Below, piece after piece: positions 1-10,286 of a stretch of DNA of 64,000 nucleotides; within the stretch, counting starts at the first letter, position 1, and each line of letters begins with the position of its first letter. Source of the stretch: Acidobacteriota bacterium. GTDB lineage: Bacteria > Acidobacteriota > UBA6911. The position numbers were made by a program, and so were the translations under genes. Where the stretch lies: the NCBI GenBank assembly GCA_963664705.1, contig OY761556.1, forward strand, positions 128,001-192,000. The letters run 5' to 3'. Below the pieces are notes generated by a model, which saw only the letters and a program-made list of their open reading frames with translations, was not told the DNA's origin and searched no databases.

Positions 1-428
1 GACAGGGACAAGTTGTGGCGTCCCCGCTGCAGATGGCTCGCGTTGCCGGCACAATTGGAAACAGAGGGAACCTACTGCCGGTCCGGATTGTCCTGGGCGA
101 TGCGGATGCGAAAGCAAAATCATGTCTTACGGAGGACCAGGCAAGCCGTCTTTCCGGATACATGCGGCGAGTTGTCACCGAGGGAACCGGAAGAGAGGCA
201 GGCAAGTCCAGTATTCCTGTTGCCGGCAAGACCGGGACCGCAGAACTGAATAATCAACCCGCGCATGCCTGGTTTGTGGGGTTTGCGCCTTACGGATCGG
301 CTGCACGAAAGAAGATTGCATTTTCGATCCTGATCGAAAATGGTCGCTATGGCGGACGTGCGGCAGCCCCGGCAGCGGCCGAAATTGCCAATGGCGCGGC
401 AGAAATCGGGCTAATCGGGCGGGAGTGA
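1..428 (+). CDS. Penicillin-binding transpeptidase (PbpA/PBP2-like), C-terminal part; 5' end outside window
   Basis: KTG motif (VAGKTGTAE), HAWFVGFAP and SPLQMA segments typical of class B PBP transpeptidase domains. Confidence 0.85.
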   Translation, partial: QGQVVASPLQMARVAGTIGNRGNLLPVRIVLGDADAKAKSCLTEDQASRLSGYMRRVVTEGTGREAGKSSIPVAGKTGTAELNNQPAHAWFVGFAPYGSAARKKIAFSILIENGRYGGRAAAPAAAEIANGAAEIGLIGRE

Positions 429-432
429 CAAA

Positions 433-1227
433 ATGGAATTTTGGGACAAACTTGTAAAGGCTGAACAAAATATCCGCAAGCAGGTGGAGAGCGTCTTTGG
501 ACGCGGATCGGCGCAGACGCCTCTGGAAATGCGACGGGAAATCATCGAACAGGTGGAGTCCCGTATTGTTATCGATGCCAGCGGCAATCACTTTCCCTAT
601 TCAAAAGTGATTGTGCAGCTTCAGCCGCCTACATCCGCCCTGCGGGATGTTTTTGCCTCCGCTTTCCTGCAGGATCAGTCGCTCAAATCGGATGTTTTGT
701 CCAAGCTGAAGGATACTCAGGCCAAGTACCCGTCGGAACTCGATGTCGTTATTGAGCTCCTTGAGCCGTCCGGTACCGCGACAGAATCCGCCCCGCTGTT
801 CCAACTCGATTTCGAAAAGCCCGATCCGCTTCGCAAGACGGAGATCCCTTCGACCCGATATCTCGTCTTGAAAGGAGCGGCGGAGCAATCAGAGTACGCC
901 ATGAAAAAGGAGCGTGTTCTGATCGGACGCCTCGCGGAAGTGCTGGATCGCGAAGGACGCCTGGTTCGAAAGAACGATGTTGTTTTCCTGGACAATGGCG
1001 AAGATATCAACTCAACGGTTGGACGCATTCATGCCAGGATCTGGTTTGACGCTGAGAAAAACGAATTCTGCCTCATTGACGAGGCCAGTCGGTACGGGAC
1101 TCGCATCATCCGCGAAGGTCGGTCCATAGAAATACCTGGAGGCAACTCCCGCGGCGTTCTACTGCGCTCTGGCGATGAGATTTATTTGGGGCAGGCCTGC
1201 GTTCGGTTTGAAATGGTAAGACCCTGA
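433..1227 (+). CDS. FHA-domain protein (FhaA-like, DUF3662-like N-terminus)
   Basis: C-terminal FHA motifs IGR...GRIHARI...SRYGT...GDEIYLG; directly downstream of the PBP. Confidence 0.8.
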   Translation: MEFWDKLVKAEQNIRKQVESVFGRGSAQTPLEMRREIIEQVESRIVIDASGNHFPYSKVIVQLQPPTSALRDVFASAFLQDQSLKSDVLSKLKDTQAKYPSELDVVIELLEPSGTATESAPLFQLDFEKPDPLRKTEIPSTRYLVLKGAAEQSEYAMKKERVLIGRLAEVLDREGRLVRKNDVVFLDNGEDINSTVGRIHARIWFDAEKNEFCLIDEASRYGTRIIREGRSIEIPGGNSRGVLLRSGDEIYLGQACVRFEMVRP

Positions 1228-1314
1228 GTTTGAGGCAATCAGGCTCTCTCCCGCGGGGTTTCACTGCAACACGACAATGCTATTAACGCGATCCGCCAAG
1301 AAGTTTTTAATTTG

Positions 1315-1580
1315 AACCGCGAAGACCTCGAAGACCGCAAAGATTATTAGGCTTGCTGCTGGGCAATGAGATAGTGTGATGGATAGGAAAGAAGTTGCGC
1401 ATCATATTGTCGATTCAGCGATGGCAATCCATACAGCGCCAGGATTGCTGGAGTCCGTTTATCAGCGGTGCCTAATGTATGAGGCATCAAGGATGGAATC
1501 CAGCGCATGATCTGGCGAGAGCGATAACCGCAAAACCTGCAAAAATATTTTCCTTCGCGGTCTTTGAGGTCTTCGCGGTT
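1315..1580. repeat. 29-bp imperfect inverted repeat pair (1315-1343 and 1552-1580) bracketing the GxxExxY remnant
   Basis: aaccgcgaagacctcgaagaccgcaaaga versus ccttcgcggtctttgaggtcttcgcggtt; 26 of 29 positions complementary. Confidence 0.8.
1379..1510 (+). pseudogene. GxxExxY protein remnant with internal deletion
   Basis: Translates as MDRKEVAHHIVDSAMAIHTAPGLLESVYQRCLMYE; the family C-terminal IKDGIQRMI follows immediately in another frame. Confidence 0.75.
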
Positions 1581-1693
1581 AATGGGGTTACTATTTCGGT
1601 CAAGTCCTGTTCCAAGCTGAAATTTCGCGATGTTTTTCTGAACACTACGCTCGACCTGTAAATCTTATATTCTGGAGATTTAGAAGGTGAGCT

Positions 1694-2605
1694 ATGAAAC
1701 TGAATCATGTTGCAGCCACTGTTTTCGCTGCAGGGATACTTGCAGCATCAATAAGCGTTGCGCAAACCCGACAGGATCTTCCCGCTGATGCCGGCTATCC
1801 GGATCAGACCGCGGCCGGAGATCAAATCGTCCCTCCGCAGTTGAACCTGCCGGCCGGAACGCTGATTACCGTCAGAACCACGCAGCCTTTGTCCAGCGAC
1901 CATAACCAGGTTGGGGACAGTTTTACATGTATTTTGGATCAAGCCATTATCGCCCAGGGATGGGTTGTTGCCCGCCGAGGGCAGGTGGTGATGGGTAAAG
2001 TGGTTACCGCTCAAAAGGCTGGACGCGGACATGCTGCATCCCAACTTGCCGTGGAATTGACCGACCTGAACCTCGTGGATGGACAGCCCGCGCCAATTCG
2101 AACGGAACTGGCGGCGATTTCGGGCGGGAATGCGCCGCGTTCACGCAATGAAGGAGCTGTGGTTGGTGCCACGACAGGGACCGGTGCGGTCATAGGGGCC
2201 ATTGCGGGTGGAGGTCCGGGTGCCGCTATAGGAGCAGCGGTAGGCGCGGCCGCCGGTGTCGCGGGAGTTTTAAGTACAAGAGACAAGGCAACAGAAATAG
2301 TCCCGGAAACGCTGCTAACATTCCGCCTTGGAAACTCTTTAACCATTTCAACTGAACAAAGCCGCCAGGCATTTCTGCCAGTCGGGCCGAGCGATTATAA
2401 TCGCGGGCCTGCCCGCAATCCGGATCGTTATCCGGCTGTGGGTAATACCGGGCCAGAACCGCGCCGAAACTTTGCTCTCTATGACTATGGGTGGTATATG
2501 CCTCCCTATAATTACTTCAGTTTCTATGGATCCTGGGGGCCGCGGTATTACTTTGGCGCTCCGCGTGTCTATGCCGGGCCGATCTATCGAAGGCGTCATC
2601 GCTGA
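1694..2605 (+). CDS. Exported hypothetical protein with TrbI-like beta region and glycine zipper
   Basis: Signal peptide; LPAGT..VR...LSS motif; GAVIGAIAGGG.GAAIGAAVGAAAG zipper; aromatic-rich C-terminal tail. Confidence 0.7.
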   Translation: MKLNHVAATVFAAGILAASISVAQTRQDLPADAGYPDQTAAGDQIVPPQLNLPAGTLITVRTTQPLSSDHNQVGDSFTCILDQAIIAQGWVVARRGQVVMGKVVTAQKAGRGHAASQLAVELTDLNLVDGQPAPIRTELAAISGGNAPRSRNEGAVVGATTGTGAVIGAIAGGGPGAAIGAAVGAAAGVAGVLSTRDKATEIVPETLLTFRLGNSLTISTEQSRQAFLPVGPSDYNRGPARNPDRYPAVGNTGPEPRRNFALYDYGWYMPPYNYFSFYGSWGPRYYFGAPRVYAGPIYRRRHR

Positions 2606-2754
2606 TCCTGATTTCGATTTGCATCGCCGGGGCGACCATCACCGTCGTCGCCCCCTTCCTCCCTCCCCAATCCCTTCTGCCGGTTCCCAAAATGCAAAAA
2701 CAGGCCATCCCCGTGTATTATGAAGCGGCATAATGCTCTTCAGGAGGATTCGAT

Positions 2755-3324
2755 ATGTGGCATGACATGTTCATTACCAGCATCCCGATTCTGGAAAAAA
2801 TCATCCGGCCCATTCTGGTCTATGCGTTCCTTATCATTGCGCTGCGATTGGCAGGGAAACGAGAATTGGCGCAGCTGAATCCCTTTGATCTGGTGGTTCT
2901 TTTGACACTGTCCAATACAGTGCAAAATGCCATTATTGGGAACGATAACTCTCTTTCCGGCGGACTGATTGGTGCTGCCACACTTCTTCTGGTCAATTAC
3001 CTGGTTGTACGATTCCTCTTCAATCATGAAAAAATGGACCGGTTGATTGAGGGACAGCCGGATGTTTTGATCGACAGAGGGCATTTGCGGGAAGACCATC
3101 TGAAGAGAGAGCTGTTGACCAAGATTGAGCTGGAAACGGCCGCGCACCGACAGGGATTCAACGACCTGCATGAGGTGGAGCAGGCGGTCATCGAGCCGGG
3201 TGGAGGTATATTTTTTACGAGGAAACAGCCCTCCACCGATGAGATCCAGCAATCCGAGCTGATTCAAAGACTGGATGCTATTACCGCGCAACTGAAAGAA
3301 CTGCGCGAAAAGATGGGCGCGTAA
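2755..3324 (+). CDS. DUF421/YetF family membrane protein
   Basis: LRLAGKRELAQLNPFDLV and IEPGGGI motifs; GGAGG RBS. Confidence 0.9.
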   Translation: MWHDMFITSIPILEKIIRPILVYAFLIIALRLAGKRELAQLNPFDLVVLLTLSNTVQNAIIGNDNSLSGGLIGAATLLLVNYLVVRFLFNHEKMDRLIEGQPDVLIDRGHLREDHLKRELLTKIELETAAHRQGFNDLHEVEQAVIEPGGGIFFTRKQPSTDEIQQSELIQRLDAITAQLKELREKMGA

Positions 3325-3347
3325 TCCTTGCGATTGCGCGACCTGGA

Positions 3348-4385
3348 TCAGTTTCCGGGATCCAGATTCAGGTATCCCGGCAAAGAGGTTGAAACAGGCG
3401 GGGAGATCTTCCAGAACGGCACGATATTCAGGGCGCGATAGGTTCTCTCCACGGATTCGCGCGTGCCCCAATCGCTCCATTTGACATCGGAAACTTCCAT
3501 CATGATCAGATGTTGAGGGATATGGGCAAGAACCTGCGTTGACAGATTCCATGAATCGAGATTCCGGTAAACCTCGGCCGCACGCTCGGGTGTCCGACCC
3601 AATCCTTCAAGTTCTTCAAGTTTTTCCGGGACGAGTTCCTGCAACAGCTCCATCATGCGCGACAGTTTGAAAACCATTACAAATGTGTTCCACAATCCGC
3701 CGCGGGAAATAATATCTTTTGCACAAATCAGATCCGGTTTCTCCGTGAAGGACTCCACATAAAAGGCTTGATCGGTTTGTTCCAGCCGCTCGGCGGGCAG
3801 TATGTAGCCGTATCCGGTTTCAGGGCGATCCGGTGCTATACCCAGGATGGCAACCTTGTCCGGCATTGCTGTTACGGTGTGGACGGCCCGCTGCACATGC
3901 CGGATGAAGGCCCGGTCATTGTCGATGTAGTGATCCGTCGGAAATACTGCAATTATTGGATCATTATGTATTTGCTGGAGATGCATAAGGGCAAAGATCA
4001 TTCCCGGGCCGGTGTCCCGGTTCAACGGCTGGACAAATATGTTGGCTTTTGGAACGGTCTTCAGTTGTTCTGTTGCCAGCGGAAGGTGATCCTTGTTGAT
4101 TACAGCGCTTATCCGGTCTCGGGTGGTAAACAGTTCTGCCCGTAAGAGCGTGGCTTCCAATAACGAAGCTCCGCGCAGCAGACGGCAATATTGTTTTGGA
4201 ATTGGTCTGCCTGCGATTTGCTGCGTAAGCTCTCGCAAGCGCATGCCATCGCCCCCGGCCAGCAGCAAAGCGACATGGTTGGACGGTGGACTGGCTTTAA
4301 GGACGGAAACAGCCTCATTTCGCCGAGCCATTGGCAGTATCACTCCAAAATCCTCTTCAATTGAGTGTTGGTAGTCGTAATTCAT
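3348..4385 (-). CDS. Sugar-phosphate nucleotidyltransferase (mannose-1-phosphate guanylyltransferase-like)
   Basis: LLAGGDGMRL, PKQY, QPLNRDTGPG, PTDH, PETGYGYI, FTEKP, WSDWGT; exact start uncertain. Confidence 0.85.
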   Translation of the reverse strand: MNYDYQHSIEEDFGVILPMARRNEAVSVLKASPPSNHVALLLAGGDGMRLRELTQQIAGRPIPKQYCRLLRGASLLEATLLRAELFTTRDRISAVINKDHLPLATEQLKTVPKANIFVQPLNRDTGPGMIFALMHLQQIHNDPIIAVFPTDHYIDNDRAFIRHVQRAVHTVTAMPDKVAILGIAPDRPETGYGYILPAERLEQTDQAFYVESFTEKPDLICAKDIISRGGLWNTFVMVFKLSRMMELLQELVPEKLEELEGLGRTPERAAEVYRNLDSWNLSTQVLAHIPQHLIMMEVSDVKWSDWGTRESVERTYRALNIVPFWKISPPVSTSLPGYLNLDPGN

Positions 4386-4671
4386 ATATGACCATCCCGG
4401 ATGCCGAAGGGCAATGCGTGGTAGTACGCATTTCAGCGTCGGTGTTAATGCGCATCGCGCGCAGTGCCCCGTCAGGATCATTTCGGCGGCGAAATTTTAA
4501 GTGTTTGATTTGATGAATATTGCTGACAAAGAGCCGTCGTTTTACTTGCCGGCACGGGCGAGTCCGGACTCGATATTCCGTTGGACTTTTTTTGACAATA
4601 TTTCCCTTCCGGAAGTTGATACACTAATCCGGTTTGACATTTCGATAATGATTTCAGGATGGACGCTAACG

Positions 4672-7218
4672 ATGGAACAGGAAATAGAGTTGCTTCGGCG
4701 CAGGTTTCGCGAAGGGCGGGCAGAGCTGTTTCAGAATATACAGTGGGCAGCTGCGAGTCGGGATCTTCTGGAGGCGCATGCAGGACTTGTCGATAGGATT
4801 CTGACCGAGATTTATGCGTATTCCTGCCAGGTCGCGGATAGGGAAGCTTCTCGATCCCGGCACTCGGGGCTTGCGATTGTAGCGACCGGCGGATATGGCA
4901 GAAAAGAGTTGAATCCCTTTTCTGACATCGACATAGCCTTTATTCCATCCGAGGAAGAGGACCCGTGGGTGGAAGCTCTGGTTCATACCGCCTTCAAACT
5001 GGTAATGGACTCCTTTCTGTCCCTCCGAGATGTGCATGTGGGCTATGCATTTCGTCCCATTGCGGAAGCAAGTGCCTGGGATGTTCAGACCAAAACAGCG
5101 CTTCTCGACCTTCGCTATATCTGTGGGGATCCAAAGCTTGCAATTGCACTTCAGACCAGAATCCGGGAAGTCCTGTCCCCATTGGATTTGATGCTGGAGG
5201 CGGCATCCCCGGAGGGGGGGCGGCCCAAGCGGATTCGCTCGCTGTATTCCGTAGAACCGTCTATCAAGGAGGGACCAGGTTCCCTGCGAGATCTGCATCG
5301 CGCCCGATGGATCTTTAAGTTGCTTTTGAATGTGGACGATGCCGGCCTCGAGTCTGCCTTACGGGATCGCGCTGGAATATCCGACCGGCAAATTTCAGAG
5401 GTCAGGCGGGCAGCGGATTGGTTTTGGCGTGTCCGCACATGGATGCATTTAACGGCTGGCAAACTTTCTGACGTCCTGATCAGCAATTATCAGGACCGGG
5501 TTGCACGCGACCTGGGAGGGATTTCAGCGCAGGAATGGCTTTCCCAACACATAGCGCACTCGGAAACCCTGGCACGGTTCAAGGAATCGGCGATGCATGC
5601 GCTTTTGCAGGGCCCTCTTCCGGTGGATGGGGGATGCCTGGAACGCGGTGCATTGCGTTTGCAGAATCAGTCCTCGGTTGTGAAGCTGCTCCATTTGTCG
5701 CAGATGTATGGCTTGCCGGTCAGCTTCGAGGATCGGAAACAGCTTGGGGAGTCGCGAGATAGCGCTTTGGAGGTCTCAGAACCGACCGCAGATGAGGTTT
5801 GGGCTCTGAACCGGATACTGAACGAGAATCGTGGAGCGGCAGCTACGCTGCGGGCTCTCTCGGAATTCGGCGTCCTGGATCGATTTATACCGGGCTTTTC
5901 CAATCTCATGCGTTTTGTCCCCCCCGATCCCGCACATAGTTTTACCGTGGGTGAGCATTCAATCCACATGGTCGAGCACCTGGAAAGACTTGTTGCGGGG
6001 GGGAATCCCGATGAGCAGCGATTCTCCGACCTGCTGCAGCAATGCCCGCATTTCGACATGCTGGTGCTGGCGTCCTTGCTTCATGATGCCGGGAAATTAA
6101 GCCCGGGCAGCGATCACTCGGAAAGCAGTGCCGAGCTGGCAAAGTCCGTAGCCTCCAGGCTTAATCTTGCCCCGGAGAAGAGAGAGATTCTGGATGTCAT
6201 CATACGGCAGCATCTCCTCCTGGTAAGGACTGCGAGGCTACACGACCTAAAATCCCCAAATGTTATCCGCAAAGTGGCCGAGCGTGTTCCGGGCATTGAG
6301 GCGCTGCAGCACCTGTATGTCTTTACCTATATCGACACCTTCGCTGTTGCCGAAAAAAACTGGACATCCATGGATTCCAGAGATCTGGAAGATCTCTACG
6401 AAAAAATGCAGGATTTCTTTGCGGCGGAAGCGGAAGTCGGAAATGCGGGAGCGGAAGAGAAGAGCGTTCTGGTCCGGCAAAAGCTGGTTGCCCTGAAAAC
6501 ATCAAAGAATGAAGCCGCTGTTCTAAAGCATTGCGATGCGATGCCGGCCGGATATGTTCTCAATACCCCTCTCGAGGAGATTTCCTTTCATCTCCAGCTC
6601 CTCGAAAGACTGGAAGCGGAACCGGTAGTTCTCGACGTGTACAATCGACCCGGTGATGACTACACGGAAATGACTCTTTGCACATACGATGATCCCGCCC
6701 CCGGCATGTTGTCGAAAATTGCCAGCGTTCTCTATGGATGCAACATTGACATTCATAAGGCCCAGGCCTTTACCATTCGGAAAGAGCGCCCGGTGGTTTT
6801 GGATACCCTGTGGATTCGTTCCAACGGCATGCAGATTGCGGAAAACCGTGCCAGACGGATTCAATTGGCTTTGAAGGATATTCTTGCCGGTACCAATTCC
6901 ATTGAGCAATATCTGAAGAAGGCCGGCAAAACTCCTCCGAGCGGGATCGTGTTGGATAGTATCGATCTCCGGAATGATTTATCGGAAGAGCATACGGTTG
7001 TGCATATAGTGGCCGGGGATTTGCAGGGCCTGCTTTACCTTATGACGCGGGCTCTCTCCCGCTGTGGCCTCCACATTCACTCCGCCAAAATCGCCACATG
7101 GAATGCCCGGGCGGAAAACAACTTCTACGTTACCACCACCAGCGGGGGACAATTGCCTGACTCGGAGCTATCGGCCTGGAAGGATCGCCTGACGCGTGCT
7201 TTGAAAGGCGTGGAATAG
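4672..7218 (+). CDS. glnD: [Protein-PII] uridylyltransferase / uridylyl-removing enzyme
   Basis: ATGGYGR...PFSDIDI NTase motif, KEGPGSLRD, HD domain (H.FTVGEHS, LLHDAGK), two C-terminal ACT domains. Confidence 0.9.
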   Translation: MEQEIELLRRRFREGRAELFQNIQWAAASRDLLEAHAGLVDRILTEIYAYSCQVADREASRSRHSGLAIVATGGYGRKELNPFSDIDIAFIPSEEEDPWVEALVHTAFKLVMDSFLSLRDVHVGYAFRPIAEASAWDVQTKTALLDLRYICGDPKLAIALQTRIREVLSPLDLMLEAASPEGGRPKRIRSLYSVEPSIKEGPGSLRDLHRARWIFKLLLNVDDAGLESALRDRAGISDRQISEVRRAADWFWRVRTWMHLTAGKLSDVLISNYQDRVARDLGGISAQEWLSQHIAHSETLARFKESAMHALLQGPLPVDGGCLERGALRLQNQSSVVKLLHLSQMYGLPVSFEDRKQLGESRDSALEVSEPTADEVWALNRILNENRGAAATLRALSEFGVLDRFIPGFSNLMRFVPPDPAHSFTVGEHSIHMVEHLERLVAGGNPDEQRFSDLLQQCPHFDMLVLASLLHDAGKLSPGSDHSESSAELAKSVASRLNLAPEKREILDVIIRQHLLLVRTARLHDLKSPNVIRKVAERVPGIEALQHLYVFTYIDTFAVAEKNWTSMDSRDLEDLYEKMQDFFAAEAEVGNAGAEEKSVLVRQKLVALKTSKNEAAVLKHCDAMPAGYVLNTPLEEISFHLQLLERLEAEPVVLDVYNRPGDDYTEMTLCTYDDPAPGMLSKIASVLYGCNIDIHKAQAFTIRKERPVVLDTLWIRSNGMQIAENRARRIQLALKDILAGTNSIEQYLKKAGKTPPSGIVLDSIDLRNDLSEEHTVVHIVAGDLQGLLYLMTRALSRCGLHIHSAKIATWNARAENNFYVTTTSGGQLPDSELSAWKDRLTRALKGVE

Positions 7219-7267
7219 GCCGGGCGGGCCGGGCCAGCATCACCGGCATTTCACTGGTTCCAGGCCG

Positions 7268-7738
7268 CTATCGCCGAAGTGTCGCGACCAGTCTTTTGGG
7301 ATGGATCAGAAGACCCAAGGCCTCGCGAATGTCGCGGACGGCGATATCGGCGCCCAGCAGCGATTTTACTGCCGCTCCTTCGGGTCCGATGACCACGATG
7401 CCAAGCGCGGCCATGTTCACCATGTCCGCATCATTGGCACCGTTGCCGATGGCAACTACTTTCTCCCTGTCCAGTGTTTCGATATAGTTGAGTTTGGCCT
7501 GTGCCTGGTTTTGCTTGGGAATGAGGACCGCCTTTAGCGAAAGGGCTGCGTCAATGGCTTCCTGAAGGCCGTGTGTGTCGGCGGTGATCATATGGATTCG
7601 CAGGTGCGTGCGCAATGCGTCGAGCAGATCTGCGACGCCATCGAGCAACTGGCCATCCTTGGCGATGGTTCCGTTCACATCCAGAACCAGGTGCTCGAAT
7701 TGATATTTTCTATATCCGGGGATTTCAATTTCTATCAT
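7268..7738 (-). CDS. HAD-family hydrolase, soluble P-type-ATPase-like
   Basis: LDVNGTIA, TADT, IGNGANDADM motifs. Confidence 0.85.
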   Translation of the reverse strand: MIEIEIPGYRKYQFEHLVLDVNGTIAKDGQLLDGVADLLDALRTHLRIHMITADTHGLQEAIDAALSLKAVLIPKQNQAQAKLNYIETLDREKVVAIGNGANDADMVNMAALGIVVIGPEGAAVKSLLGADIAVRDIREALGLLIHPKRLVATLRR

Positions 7739-7779
7739 AAAATTATCCAGGAACCGGTAAGTTGCCCCCAAAGAGCTAC

Positions 7780-8916
7780 ATGCGACAGAATAGTCCAATC
7801 GGCAGAATTCGCTCCATAATATTTTCCAGCACGATGGGGATTTGTCTGTGGGCTGTCGTGGGCGCCTGGTACCTCATGCCGCCCAAACCGTCGATCGTGG
7901 AGTATTGGTTCAGCCGGAATTGGTACCGGTGGATATTGAGCTGGACCATTCCGTTAACCCAGGGGTTTGGATTCCCGCTGGTATTGGGCCTCGTGCCTCT
8001 TGCCTGCACCGGCTTTATCATTCTCTGGATAAGGAACTGGAGAAATATCAGGAATGTAAGACGGCAGTCGCACTGGGCCGGTTTTGGATGGGGAGCCAGG
8101 CGTTTCATTTGTGTCCTGCCGGTTCTGATTCTCTGGTTCCTGGCATTTTGGGGAGCCGGCTATCGAAGGTTGCCTGTTGCGCAGCGGCTCCACTTTGCAC
8201 AGTCGGCCATCAGCGAAGCGGATATGGTTCGCTTGCGTGGCCTTCTTTTGGATCGGATTACCGCGAACATGGTTTTGCCGCAAAATCGCGATCCATCCCA
8301 CAGCATACGAGCGATATCATTGTCGATGGCACGGCTGGTCGAACGCTGGGATGCCCGGCCCATCAGACTGCCGGCTCGTGTCAAGTTCACCCCGCGCGGA
8401 CTCCTGATGTGCAACGGCACCGCTGGCCTGTGCTCTCCCTTTACGCTCGAGCCTCTTGTTGACCGAGGCTTGCCGGAAGCGGCCGCCGTGTCTGCTGCGG
8501 CTCACGAACTTGGGCATATCGCCGGTTTTTGCGCTGAAGATGAAGCCTCCTTTGTCGGCTATCTTGCCGGGCTGCAGGCTGAAGATCCTTTCGCCGGTTA
8601 TGCATGCTCCCTGTATGCATACATGGATGCCATCGATGGCCTGGCACGAGATGATTACGTTAAAGCCTTTGATGTGCTTCCGGACCAGGCGAGACAAGAT
8701 GTTCGTGCGGCGCAGGAGGCATATCGAAGATACCGCATTGAGTGGTTCGGCCGAATCAGTTGGGCTGCCTATGACCGCTATCTTCAGGCACAGGGGATCG
8801 GAGAAGGAGTGAGAAATTATTCACATGGAATTACTCTACTCTGTTATGCGCTGTGTGACAGTCGTCAGACTGGAAATATGGGAAAAAGGAGCTGGCCGTC
8901 GGCTGGTAATCCATAA
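7780..8916 (+). CDS. DUF3810 family membrane-anchored zincin-like protein
   Basis: TM helices, WGAGYRR, PFTLE, AHELGH..G...EDEA. Confidence 0.8.
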   Translation: MRQNSPIGRIRSIIFSSTMGICLWAVVGAWYLMPPKPSIVEYWFSRNWYRWILSWTIPLTQGFGFPLVLGLVPLACTGFIILWIRNWRNIRNVRRQSHWAGFGWGARRFICVLPVLILWFLAFWGAGYRRLPVAQRLHFAQSAISEADMVRLRGLLLDRITANMVLPQNRDPSHSIRAISLSMARLVERWDARPIRLPARVKFTPRGLLMCNGTAGLCSPFTLEPLVDRGLPEAAAVSAAAHELGHIAGFCAEDEASFVGYLAGLQAEDPFAGYACSLYAYMDAIDGLARDDYVKAFDVLPDQARQDVRAAQEAYRRYRIEWFGRISWAAYDRYLQAQGIGEGVRNYSHGITLLCYALCDSRQTGNMGKRSWPSAGNP

Positions 8917-8957
8917 CCGCTAGAATTAGTATAAGATAGGATGGACCAGGAGGAATT

Positions 8958-9581
8958 ATGGCAAGGACTCTTCATGTTGCGGCTGTTCTGATTTTCATGT
9001 TGGTGCTCTCCGCGGCCTCGCTCCAGGCCGAGACGCGTCTGGATGCATATTTTGGTATGGGAACGGCCACCGTTGGATCCTCCAACGATGTGGTTGATTT
9101 CTTTGGTTCAGGCGTCGGTCTGACAACCCCTTCGATGGATGGTGTGTTTGGTACCTTTGGCGCTGCTCTGATGTTGAAGCCAAGTCTCGGGGTTGGGGGG
9201 CAGGTTTCGGTTCGGTTCAAGCAGGGCGATTATGCGGGGCTGAATTATCGACCTGTATTTTACGACTTCAACGGAATTTGGACTCCCGAAATAGGAGACC
9301 ACATCATGCCGGAATTCCAGGCAGGCCTGGGTGGCGTCAATATGCGGTTTTATGATCCCACCACGAGCTACTACGACTATAACACCGGCCGGTACACTAC
9401 TTTTGTCGGAAGCACGAATCACTTTCAGCTCCACGCGGCCGCCGGGCTGCGGGTCTTCATCTCCCGTCGATTCTTTGTACGTCCGGCACTGGACTACCAC
9501 TGGGTGAAGGGTTTTACGTGGTTCAAAAGCAATTCCGTTCCCTCCTACAGTCTCTCGATCGGATTTACCTCTGGCCGATAG
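8958..9581 (+). CDS. Outer-membrane beta-barrel protein
   Basis: Signal peptide, alternating amphipathic strands, aromatic-rich C-terminal strand. Confidence 0.7.
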   Translation: MARTLHVAAVLIFMLVLSAASLQAETRLDAYFGMGTATVGSSNDVVDFFGSGVGLTTPSMDGVFGTFGAALMLKPSLGVGGQVSVRFKQGDYAGLNYRPVFYDFNGIWTPEIGDHIMPEFQAGLGGVNMRFYDPTTSYYDYNTGRYTTFVGSTNHFQLHAAAGLRVFISRRFFVRPALDYHWVKGFTWFKSNSVPSYSLSIGFTSGR

Positions 9582-9829
9582 CCCGTAGGGCGCTGTGCCA
9601 TTGGGAGCGCCGCCGGGACGGCCAATGCCGCATGCTAATGGCGCAAGGAACCTGGATGCGATGCATCTCGCCCCCGGATTGGGTTAGGCCGGTAACAAGC
9701 ACTCCTAAGGCGCTCGATGCAAATCGGGAATCATAACTATATTTGTTCCAAGTATTTAACTAAACAGAGAAAAAGCAAAAAAATAAATCGAGTTCCCTTG
9801 ATGTTTGGAACACCACCGGTGGGCGGGCT

Positions 9830-10248
9830 GCTGAAGGGGCGGCAGAATGTCGATCTTTCGCCCCTACCGGGGCTCTTTCTCGCGCGTATCTCTACCGGGG
9901 GTTCGCTTCGCTTCACCCCCGGCTACGATCTTTCGGCCCTCCGGGCCTGTTGCTTCAGTTGCGTCGCAGGGCCTAGCGCAAATAGTATGTGGCATTCGAC
10001 GTCTCGCCGGCAAAGAGCATAGCCGCTTTCACGAGTCTGATGCCGCCGTCCCGGCTAATGCCGCATATTTTTTGCCCAAGGAAGCCGGAAGCACGAGGCT
10101 TTCCAGCCCCAGCGGGGCGGCCAGAACGTAGCCGGGGGTGAGCGCTTTTTGCGAACCCCCGGATTGGATTAGTCCTGTATCAAGCCCTGACGGGGCGGCA
10201 GAAAAATGAAGAACTTCGTCGCCTGACTTACAAATAGTATGTAGATTA
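9830..10248. mobile_element. Two partial copies of the IS4-type MITE on either side of a REP-like host repeat (10000-10055)
   Basis: 9830-9996 and 10056-10203 are reverse-complement matches to the two halves of 12940-13236; TIR-like ends at 9996, 10056 and 10248. Confidence 0.7.
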
Positions 10249-10286
10249 GGCAAGGCGTTGGCGCTTTCTGTCCGCGTTCTTCGTGA

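Noticed and set aside
9600-10260. ORFs of 60-100 aa in the repeat region, and similar ones at 12942-13468
   Set aside because: They are translations of MITE/REP sequence, giving near-identical peptides at both copies, with no protein family signal.
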